Assembly: GCF_004010195.1 (NCBI RefSeq)
Contig: NC_057710.1
Coordinates: forward strand, 23,330,779 to 23,394,778
Direction: 5' to 3'
DNA from: Chiloscyllium plagiosum
Taxonomy: Eukaryota
Length of the DNA: 64,000 nt
In this document: one piece after another, positions 12,430-23,300 of the stretch
How the letters are laid out: every line of letters starts with the position of its first letter
How positions within the stretch are numbered: the stretch's first letter is position 1
The notes under the pieces: model-generated
Told to the model about the DNA's origin: nothing
The model's database searches: none
What the model saw: the letters and a program-made list of their open reading frames with translations, nothing else
Translations under genes and position numbers: made by a program

Positions 12430-13580
12430 AAAACCTGTATCAATCCCCATTTGTAGAGGCAAGGATTAATCCGGGACAATTAGCATGACTTTGTCAGGGG
12501 AGATTGTCAGACAGATTTGATTGAGTTTTGAAGGAGGTGATTGGATGGATAAATGCGAGGTATTGCATTTTGGTACAACAAATACGGTGGAACTTATACA
12601 ATTAATGGTAGGGCCTTGGGAAGTGTTGTAGAATAGAGGAACCCAGGGGTTCAGGTACATAATTCTTTAAAGTTAGCGTCACATATAGACAGAATGGTTT
12701 AAAAAGGTGTTTGGCACACTTGAAACGTTGATTTTCCTGCTCCTCGGATGCTGCCTGACCTGCTGTGCTTTTCCAGCACCACTCTGATTTAAACACCTTG
12801 CCTTCATTGCTCAGTCCTATGAATATAGGAGTTAGGAAGTCATGTTGAGGTTGTACAGGACATTGGTGAGGCCTCTTCTGGAATACTGTGTCCATTTTTG
12901 GTTGTCCAGTTATAGGAAGGATATTATTAATCTAGAGAGGGTTCAGATGAGATTTCCCAGGATATTGCTAGGTATGGGAGGTTTGAGTTATAAAGAAAGG
13001 CTGGATAATCTGAGACTTTTTTCACTAGAATGTAGAAAGTTGAGAGGTGACTTTAAAGAAGTTAGTGGGTGGCACTAAATCTCTAGATTAATAATATCCT
13101 CACAGCGCCAGAGACCCGGGTTCAATTCCCGCCTCAGGTGACTGTGTGGAGTTTGCACGTTCTCCCCGTGTCTGTGTGGGTTTCCTCCGGGTGCTCTGGT
13201 TTCCTCCCACAGTCCAAAGATGTGCAGCTCAGGTGAATTGGCCATGCTAAATTGCCCGTAGTGTTAGGTAAGGTAAATGTAGGGATATGGGTGGGTTGCA
13301 CTTCGGCAGGTCGGTGTGGACTTGTTGGGCTGAAGGGCCTGTTTCCACACTGTAGTGTAATCTAATCTAAATCATGAGGGGTATAGATAGGGTTAATAGT
13401 AGGTGTCTTTTTCCTCGGATGGGGGATTTCAAGACTGGGGGGCACATTTTTAAGGTGAGAGGACAGAGATTTTAAAAAAGACAAGGGGGCAATTTTTTTA
13501 ACACAGAGGGTGGTTTGCATGTGGAATGAACTTCCTGAGGACGCGATGGAAGTGGGAACAATTACAATGTTTAAAAGATC
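12430..13580 (+). mobile_element. CR1 LINE fragment with nested Penelope-terminus and HE1 inserts
   Basis: MLRLYRTLVRPLLEYCVHFW...LERVQ...LRGD. Confidence 0.85.
13066..13369 (+). mobile_element. HE1-type tRNA-derived SINE (5' end disrupted)
   Basis: B box ggttcaattcc, central conserved domain, taatct tail. Confidence 0.88.
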
Positions 13581-13819
13581 CCCAACACTGACAGTATTCT
13601 GCTTTTATATGCACGCACTCTATGTTTAAAATAGTTATTTGGTGACCAGCTGGTTTAATTGTACTCACCTTAAAGGGCCAATGTGATGCTTAAGATAACT
13701 TGCATTTATAAACTTCTGTTAGAATTGTAGGTCTTGTTATGTAACATAAAACATAGTTTGTATTCCCTGGGCTGGATTTCTTCCTAAGCTAACATTTATT
13801 TTCAATAACAATAATGTAT

Positions 13820-14510
13820 TTACAAAATACCTTGAAGGTAGCAGAGCATGGTAAGGTTCTTCATGGCAACATTATAAAACACATTGGACACTCAGCCACA
13901 GAGGAAGATATTAGGGCAAGTAGGTAAAAGCTTGGTCAAAAGGGTAGGATATTAATCAACGTAGTTAAAAAGAGGAAAGTGAGATAGAGAGGCATCAAGA
14001 ACTTAGGGAGAGATTTCAAGATCTTAAGGCTTAGACCTTTAAGGTAGAGCCATTAATGCTGGAGCCATTCAAATTGGGAATTTGTAAACATCCCGAATTA
14101 AAAGACCTGAGGTATCTTGGAGGATTGTAGTGTTGGAGAGATTGCAGAGGTGGGTAAGAGCTCGACCATGGAGTGTTTTGAAGGCAAGGATGAGAATTTT
14201 AAAAAATGAGTCATTGCTTTAATGAGGGCGACATGGAACAGCAAACACAGCGGTATTAGCAGAACTGGCTGCAGTTTTGAAAAACCTCAATTTTATAGAG
14301 GGTAAAGTGTGAGCGGTGACCCAGGGGTATGTTGGAATAGTCAAGTCTGGAGGAGATTCATGCATGGATGATGGTTTCAGCAGCTGATGAGCTGAGGAAA
14401 GGACAGAGGTGGGTGAAGTCATGCAGGTGGAAATAAGCCATCTCCATGATGGTGCAGTTATATAATCAGAAGCTCATCACAGGTTCTGTGAGACAACGAA
14501 GTTGCAAGCA
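13820..14510 (-). mobile_element. Old L2-like LINE fragment
   Basis: Decayed C-terminal ORF2-like sequence on the minus strand; recognised by pattern only. Confidence 0.5.
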
Positions 14511-15611
14511 GTTTTGGATAAAGCCCATCAAAATTGAGGAAGGTTACCTTTTTGAATGAATTCAAATTCCTATGGGTTAAGAAAAGTGACTGCAAACAGA
14601 ACCATGAGGTTGTAACTATAAGGAAATACTGGAGTTCTTTTCTCTAAAGACAAGAAGGCTAAGGTGTAATACAATAGAAATCCTTGAAATTATGAGGCAA
14701 TTTGATAGGCAGACTTAGAGATCATGTTCTCCACTTGTACATAGTCAATAATAGGGATGGTGAGTCATCAGTAAGTTTCATGAGCATTTCAGGAATAATT
14801 TCCTGACCCAGGATATTGTTCGAACATGAATTTATTGCCATGTGGTGTAGCTGAGGCTAATGGCATTGATGATTTCAGGAGGAAACTAGAGAAATAGATG
14901 AGGGAGAAAAGAATGAAGGATATGGCTCACAAAAAAAGAAACTGCTGAAAAGGCTCAGCAAGTCTGGCAGCATCTGAGGAAGGGTCACTGAACCTGAAAT
15001 GTCAGCTCTGATTTCTCTCCACAAACACTGCCAGAGCTGCCAGCAATTTCTGTTTCTGTTTCTGATTTCCAGCATCCATAGTTTTTTTTCAGTTTTGAGA
15101 AGGATATGGCTCTTCTGGTGTATTAACAACAGCATGAGGCAGTTGGCTGTAATGGCCAGTTTGTGTGCTGTAAGTTCTATGTAAGATCAAAAGCTCAACT
15201 GGGTGATTATACCACCAAGCTCTGCAATAGTGTACATTTAGGTCTTTATCTGTATTTAACTGGAACCGACAGGCATGAGAAAGCTGATCAGACACTTAGA
15301 TAAATTGCTGTCTTTTTGGAGGCTTTATGTGGTTGCATTTTGTTTCCTCTAACATCTCTGCAAGAATTACTTGAAAATCTGGTCTTATAACAAAACACTT
15401 GATAGCTTCAATATTTAGTTTTCTTCTGTGAGATACGGGTGTCACTAGTAAGCCCAGCATTTGTTGCCCATCTGTAATTTCCTTTTGAGTGGCTTGCTGG
15501 GTCATTTCAAGGAACAGCTGGAAGTCAATCACATGGGAGTGACTTGGAGGCCACACCAGTTAATGATGGTAGATCTCCTTCACTAAAGGACCATTACTGA
15601 GACTGGCTATG

Positions 15612-17410
15612 TCATAGAATCGTAGAGTCATACAGCATGGAATCAGGCACCTTGGTCTAACTAGTCCATGCCAACCGTGTTCCAAATCTAAACTGGTCCT
15701 GCCTGACTGCTCCTGGCCTATGTGCCTCCAAACCTTCCCTATTCATGAACTTATCCAAATGTCTTTTAAATGTTGTTACTGTACCTGCATCTACCATTTT
15801 CTCTTGTAGTTCATTCCACACATGAACCACTTTCTGTGTAAAACAAAAGCTCCTCGTGTCCTTTTTTATATCTTTCTCCTCACACTAAAAACATGCCCCC
15901 TACTTTTGAACTCACCCACCTTAGGGAAAAGACATTTGCACTTCACCTTATTGCTTTATTGATGCCCCTTATGATTGTATAAACTTCTATATTGTCACCC
16001 CTCAACCTCCTAATGTCCAGTGAAAGAAGTCCCAGCCTATCCAGCCTATTTTTATGACTCAAACCCTCCATACCCAGTAACACCCTGGTAAATTTTCTCT
16101 GAAGCCTCTCTAGTTTAATAATATCCTTCTTGGTGACCAGAACTGCACACAGTACTCCAGAAGAGGTCTCGCCAATGTTCTGTACAACCTCAACATGACA
16201 TCCCAACTCCTATACTCAAAGATCTGAGCAATCAAGGCAAATGTGTGAAACACCTTCTTAACCACCCTGTCCACTTGTGTCACAAATTTCAAAAAATTAT
16301 GTACCTGAACCCTTAGGTCTTTCTGTTCCACAACACCACGCCTACCATTAATTGTATAAGTCCTACCCTTGTTTGTCTTACCTTTTTTCACTGGAGCATA
16401 GGAGAGTGAGGGGTGACCTTATAGAAGTTTATAAAATCATAAGGGTATAGATAGAGCTAATGGTATGTGTCTTTCCCTAAGGTGAGGGATTTCAAGACCA
16501 GGAGGCACAATTTTAAAATGAGAGGAGAGAGATTTTAAAAAAGACTAAGAGACATTTATTTTTGCACAGAGGGTGGTTCGTGTATGGAATCAACTGAGGA
16601 AGTGGCGGATTTGGAAATTTGGCTCAGTACCCGAATAGGAAAGGTTTGCAGGGATATGGGCCAGGAGCAGGGACTAGTTTAGTTTGGGATTATGTTCAGC
16701 ATGGACTGGTTGGACTGTAGGGTCTGCTTCTGTGGCTGTATCACTCTGTGACTCTATTAGCCACCTCCAGTCCACCAACACCTGGCCTGTGGTTATAGTT
16801 AATACAAATATTTCTGCTAGGGGCCCTGTAATTTCTACCTAACCCACCACAAAGTCTTGGGATACACTTGATCAGGTCTCGGAGGTTTATCTACCTTTAT
16901 GTTTTCTCAGACCTCCAACATTTCTTCTTCTGTAATGTGAACAATCTTTGTTTCCTTGAGCTCTCTAGCCTCCATTTCTTTCTCCGCAGTAAAAAACTGA
17001 TGCAAAATATTCATTTAATATCTCTCCTATCTCTTGAGGTTCAACACAAAGACAACCTTGTTGATCTTTAAGGATTGCTTTTTTGCCCTTAATCTCTTTG
17101 GATTATCCTTAATTTTATCTGACAAGTCTACCTCATATCCCCCTTTTGCCTTCCTGATTTCCCTCTGTGGAATGCCTCTACACTCGTTTATTGTCTTCAA
17201 GGGATTCATTTGATCCCAGTTGTTTATATCTAAGATATAATTCTTTTTTAATCTTGACTAGAACCTCAATATCTTTATTCATTGTTCCCTAATCTTACCA
17301 GCCTTACCTCTAACAGGAACATAATGCCTCTGAACTCTTCTTATCACATTTTTCAAAGTCTCACACCTGCCAATAGTCTACTCCAATCAATTTTTGAAAA
17401 TTCTTATATT
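15612..17410. mobile_element. Cluster of CR1 fragments (-, +, -)
   Basis: CR1 ORF2 peptides on the minus strand at 15943-16391; orientation switches near 16385 and 16760. Confidence 0.8.
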
Positions 17411-18219
17411 CCAGATTTATTAATCAGATTTACACCAGGGATTTCAATCTGTTTCCACCTCTTGATTACTACTTCTGTGCCATCACCCCCACCACCTCCC
17501 CTGTGGAGAGTAACAAGTGTTGAAGATAATCTTTATACTAGTTGAAGTTTAATGTATTTATTTACATTACAATAATTGTAAGTTGCAGAAGAATGGCAAC
17601 TGAGCTTTCTCCGCGTGTTTCGCTTCGTCACCGACTGAAGAACATGCGTGGGGAGCAAATGGACCCTCTCCAGAGGCGGGGAGACCATTTATCACTGGAA
17701 TTAGTTCGCCAATTAAATCCAGGGGCGAGTGGAATACATACAGACAGAATGGTATATAAAATGACAAATATTGGCGCAACATGATTAATAGTAATTGCAA
17801 TCAGTTTATGAAGATCACAAAGACAACCCGCGATATACAAATGGGACTTGTTACTTTGGGAACATGGTCGGCGTGGACGAGTTGGACCGAAGGGTCTGTT
17901 ACCATGCTGTATGACTCGATGGCTCAATGTATCAGGAAAATCGTAGAATGGTATGGTCTGTTTCAGTGAGGCAGTGAGTGAATTTATGAGAAAAATGGTA
18001 GTGTAATGCAGTATTTCTTACTGTTCCAGGTATAAAATGAGCATGTCCCAGCAAACACTTGGGATGATGGTTTTTATCTGTTGCAATCCTTGTGGAAAAC
18101 ATTCTCAAATGAAGTAGTTAAGGCAGAGTGTTTGTCCCGTGAAGATATTTTATCTGACACACAATGAGGTGCCATGTGGAACTTAATAGGTTCATCTACC
18201 AGAGCTTAGTAAATACGGT

Positions 18220-18441
18220 TGGAGAAAGTGAGGACTGCAGATGCTGGAGATCAGAGTCGAGAGTGTGGTGCTGGAAAAGCACAGCAGGTCAGCAGCATTG
18301 AGGAGTTGGAGGATTGATATTTCGGGCATAAGCCCTTCATCAGGAATTTTATGTTGAAGAACTTATGCCCGAAATGTCGATCCTCCTGCTTCTGGGATGC
18401 TGCCTGACCAGCTGGGCTTTTCCAGCACCACACTCTTCGAT
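18220..18441. mobile_element. Fold-back Penelope-terminus element
   Basis: Inverted arms; 14-bp TSD ttagtaaatacggt at 18206-18219 and 18442-18455. Confidence 0.8.
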
Positions 18442-19744
18442 TTAGTAAATACGGTGCCAAAATTAGCGATTAACTAAATGTATTGTAGAAAGTCAAATTC
18501 ATCAGGTATCCTGGAATTAATCAAGAAAGATGGGAAGGGACGGTTAAATGTATCAGATACATGGCTTCCACGGGCAGTGGGCAACCTCACTTACCCCGGG
18601 GTCCACTGCCACCTCGGAGGGCAGCTTGCAAACCGTTCACCTAAAGTGGCGTCCGAAATATTCATCCAACCCGAACATCCAAGAATCTCAAGAGCGGTCA
18701 TTGTTGGCCCAGCCGGCGACGTTAACATCCCTAAAATTAATAATTCCTAGGCGAATCCTTGGAGATGAATGCATATTATTCTCTGGAGAATTGGGCAGTT
18801 CGCTCTCCTGATCATGTCTGAATATAGTAGACCTTACCTACTACACACAAAAAAAAGCACAGTCGAATACACAAACTCTGAGTTGGGGATGCAGTTCGTT
18901 TAGCTGAACACTCAGCTGGCCTATCTGCAGCAGAATGCATTTTTTCACAATACCCGAACGAATACCTGATTCCTATCCAGAATGCACTATCGAGTTAGAC
19001 TTTGGGCTGCTAGTCTCTGCCTGGAATGTTATTTTCGTTTTGTTCGTCTCACTGGGAGCTCCTTAGCTTTGAGTTTTATAATCGCTGTGCTTTCAGACTA
19101 GTGCGAGTTGAAGATTCTGCTAAACCCCCCGCTATGTTTATATAATTCAACCCAATCGTTTGAAAGATATTTAATCTTTTTCACTCAAAGTACAGAATCT
19201 GCAATTCGGGGTCTCCCTTTCGTGATTTTCAATGCTGTATGATTCTATGACTCAATATATCAGGACAATATATCAGGGTCTCCCTTTCGCGATTGTTCTT
19301 TTGAAGTTTATGAGACTCAAATGCTTGTTTTTCTTTTCAAAAAACCTCCCAAAACATCTATTCAGGACACTGAACGGCCCCCGCCAGTCCAAATGTGACT
19401 TCTGTCAGAATTTGGGATTTAAATTAAGTTAAAGTTGGGATTTAAGAACAGAAAACGGCGGAAACACCGAGCAGATGGAGAGATGCTGCTGAACATTCCC
19501 TTTGCTAAGATTTCAGGTTTGTGACACTCAATGGGATTTTTACACTGGCCTGGGACTTCCGTTTGTTATTCCGTTCATGGACAACAAGAGATGGGTTTAT
19601 CAGTGATTTGTAGTGAGCTGGAAGCGTCTATGGAAACAGAGTCCAGAATCTAGTCATCCCTCTCACATTCCGTAATGTCCCTTAAAACCAAACATGCCTT
19701 TGGAAACACGCTGGAGGGCTAACGTTAGAATACTGATCAGACGG

Positions 19745-20120
19745 AGGCTGAGGGGCGCCCTTATAGAGGTTTATAAAATCATAAAGGGCATGGATAAGAT
19801 AAATAGGCAAAGTTTCTTCCCTGGGGATGGACAAGTCCAGAATTATAGGGCATAGTTTTAGGGTGAGAGGGGTAAGATATAAAAGGGACCTAAGATGCAA
19901 CTTTTTCACGCGTGTATGGAATGAGCTGCCAGAGGAAGTGGTGGTGGCTGGTACAATTGCAGCATTTAAAAGGCATCTGAATGGCTATATGAATAGGAAG
20001 GGGGGGGACTATGGGCCAGGTGCTGGCAAATAGCTCTAGATTAGGTTGGGATATCTGGTTGGCATGGACGAGTTGGACCGAAGGGTCTGCTTCCATGCTG
20101 TACATCTCTATGACTCTATG
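19745..20120 (+). mobile_element. CR1 (HER1-like) 3' fragment ending about 200 bp upstream of the CD8 ATG
   Basis: VWNELPEEVV...AFKRHL and ctctatgactctatg tail. Confidence 0.85.
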
Positions 20121-20315
20121 GCTCCTGCCCTCGGGGTGGTTTGGTAGGAGCTCGGCTCATCTCTGCATTTAATGGGTGTGCCAATAACGTGACTCTGAGC
20201 TTGTAGCTGAGTGGCGCCTCGGATCACAGGGAGGTCTCTGGGTTCTCTCTGTGTCCTCAGCACAACCCCGGTGGCCCCGCCATCAGTAAATGGTGGCTTC
20301 TCTCCCCCGGGCAAA

Positions 20316-20361
20316 ATGCACCTTCTTGGCTACATCTGGATGCTGAGCTGTTGGATGAAAA
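20316..20361 (+). CDS. CD8 exon 1 (signal peptide)
   Basis: aaaATG at 20316; MHLLGYIWMLSCWMK; consensus donor A|GTAAGT at 20362, phase 1. Confidence 0.8.
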
Positions 20362-23300
20362 GTAAGTACATTTCCAGCTGAAAGTTTCACTGCGTGAAAA
20401 TGCTGGCATTCCTGTCGTTTATGTTTGGGCGAGTTTTGAATAGGAGACTTGTTTAAAGAGCTTTGTTTAAAGAAATCCACAGTCATACTGCAGAGGGGGG
20501 GGGGGGGGGCGTTCGGCCGCTTCTATCAGTGCCTGACCTTTGAAAGAGAGACGCAATTGGTGCCACTCTCCCTTGTAACTGATTTCTTAGGAGGAATTGA
20601 TCCCATTTCCAGAGAATTGGAGACTGATTGCAGAGCAGGAGGCGGCAATTCGGCCCATCGCTGGCTGTCCACACGGGCAGCTCACTTCTTCCCAATCCTC
20701 CCACTCAGACAAGGAACCAATTCTCTTTTGGATTGAGTCAGCCTCTCGGGGGCAGAAAGTCAGAGGCCCGACCACGTATAAAATCCTAACGAATCCGCAT
20801 CCTCTAAAGGCTGGAAGAGAATAGGGAATGTTGAAACAATGCAGTCGAATCTCGCTAGGGAGGGGAGGGATAACAGGAAAATAACGCCGTGTCTGTCCGT
20901 GCAGGTGCCCAGGCGGAGACAATCCTCCAGCAGACTCCGAGAGAAATACTGGCGGCCAAAGGCGAGAATGTCGAACTCACCTGTAATCTGAAGAGGGGCA
21001 CACTCGATGAGGTCTTCTGGTACAAGCTAGAGGGAAACTCCCAGGCCCATTTTCTGAAGTCCGCCACTGTCCTGAACAGACAGGCCTCAGGAGAGGGAAT
21101 AACCGGGCGGTTCATTTTAACCAGAGATGCCTTTCGACTGTCGTTCAGTTTAACCATAAAAGACATACAACTGTCAGACAACGGCACCTACTACTGCCTG
21201 ATGCTCAGCTCCTACTTTGTGTCTTTGGGAGGTGGAAGTGTGGTCACAGTAGGTAAGAAGCTTTCCAATTTCAATACCCCCTACCGTAACAAATAATCAA
21301 AATAAGCATCGACTTTAAGAAACAAAATAAGGAATTGCTGTTTGCTGAACGACTGAGACAAGAACAGGAAGTTTTGGAGAAGCTCTATAGGTCTGGCAGC
21401 AGTTATGGAGAGAGAACACATAGTTAACGTTTCGGGGTGAGTGACCCTTCTTTAGAACTGGGCTCTCTCTCCAAGCTGCTGTCAGACCTGCTGAGTTTCT
21501 CCAGCAATTTCAGACCTCTCCAGTGTTTTATTGAAGGGAGACTGACCGTCCCTTCTGATTATGTCGGGGTTTATGTTTGACTCCCACCTAAAGTTCTGGC
21601 TGGTGTGGGTCCCGCTGGTTGGACTGGGGATTATTAGTGACATGAATCGCCACAGCTGTCAAGTCTAACAAAGTTTTTAAAAAAATCACACAACACCAGG
21701 TTATTGTCCAACAGGTTTATTTGGAAGCACTAGCTTTCGAAGCGCTGCTCCTTCATCAGGTAGCTAGTGCTTCCAAATAAACCTGTTGGACTATAACCTG
21801 GTGTTGTGTGATTTTTAACTTTGTACAGCCCAGTCCAACACCTGCTCCTTCACATCAAGCCTAACAAAGTCAGGCTTTGGTTTGTGATAAATAGTTGCTG
21901 TCGGTCATTCTGTGAGTTGACAGATGGCCCGTGGATATACCGTAGACCATTAAAACGTTGCTTGTTTCAGTTCCAGAACGAAAGATAGTAACTTCTCCGC
22001 CTCCGACTACTAAACGCCACAGAATCCATCACTTCAACTACCCCAAGGTGCGAAACAAGAAGCAAACGTGGAATCATGGTAAGATCAATGCGTTCACTGT
22101 GTCTGAGACAGACAGACTAGCGCTGTTCAGTCAATCTGACTGATAAATACAGCTAGTTACAGTCCAATATCTCAACAGTACACGCACATTGATGGAAAAC
22201 AGAAACTCAGCAGGTCTGGCAGAGAGAAAACACAGAGTTAACGTTTCGGGTCCAGTCCAAAGAAGGACCCGAAACGTCAACTCTACTTTCTCTCCAGACC
22301 TAGGCAAAAGTGGGTACTGCAGATGCTGGAAAACCAGAGTTTAGATTACAGTGTTGCTGGAAAAGCGCAGCAGGTCAGGCAGCATCCGAGGAGCAGGAAA
22401 ATCAACGTTTCGGGCAAAAGCTCTCCATTCCTGATGAAGGGCGTTTGCCCGAAACGTCGATTTTCCTTTCTCTCCAGACCTGCTGAGTTTCTCCAGCAAT
22501 TTCTGATTTCCCGCAGTTCTTTGCTTTATTTAGAGCTTGCCTTCCAATGTGCTGATTCGTTATCAGCACAACATTGACAGGGGAATCATCACAGCATTTT
22601 CCTCAAGCACTGTCTAGCTGAAGCCAACTTCATATCTTTGTTTTTTTTTAACTTCAAAAGTCCTCGATCTGAAATGTTTCCCACTGATGCTGAATGTTTC
22701 CCGCGCTTCCCCTAATTTGTAAACGTTATTTTCCTTTTTGTTATGGAGACGATCCGTTTGGGATATTTGGTAATTCAGTTTAGGCCCCAAATAGCATCTG
22801 GATGTTTTTTCGAACCAGGAAAGAAAATACCGTCAGAAACCTGCCCGCGTTATCTAGCTTTGGCGTAGAGCTGAGTAAATTCTGAAGTACTGGGAGGTGT
22901 ATGTATAAATGGGAAACACTCTCAGTTGAACACGTACTAGGGGGAAATACTATCTGTAGGAGATGGTGGGAGGGCGTCCTGTGTTTTTAACCTTTACTGG
23001 AAATCCTTTCATGGTATTTTCTACATTCCCCTTCTCGCAGTCCCTTCATTTATTTATGGCCTATTATATGGCAGCGCCATTTATGACCGTCCAGGACACA
23101 TAACAACATAAGCACCAGGAGCAGGAGTAGGCCATCCGGCCCATCGAGCCTGCACCGCCATTCAATAAGATCATGGTCGGTCTTTTACTGGACTCAACTC
23201 CACTTACCCCTCTGTTCATCATAACCCTTAATTCTTTTACTGTTCAAAAATCTTATGTCTTGGCCTTAAAGGCATTTAACGAGGTAGCCTCAATTGGGCA

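Noticed and set aside
17542-17784. 80-aa ORF in CpG-rich unique DNA
   Set aside because: No recognisable domain or convincing splice context
20889-21296. Rearranging TCR/Ig/NAR V segment or germline-joined VJ gene
   Set aside because: No heptamer/nonamer RSS after the V exon and no C domain; it splices to stalk, TM and CxH exons typical of CD8
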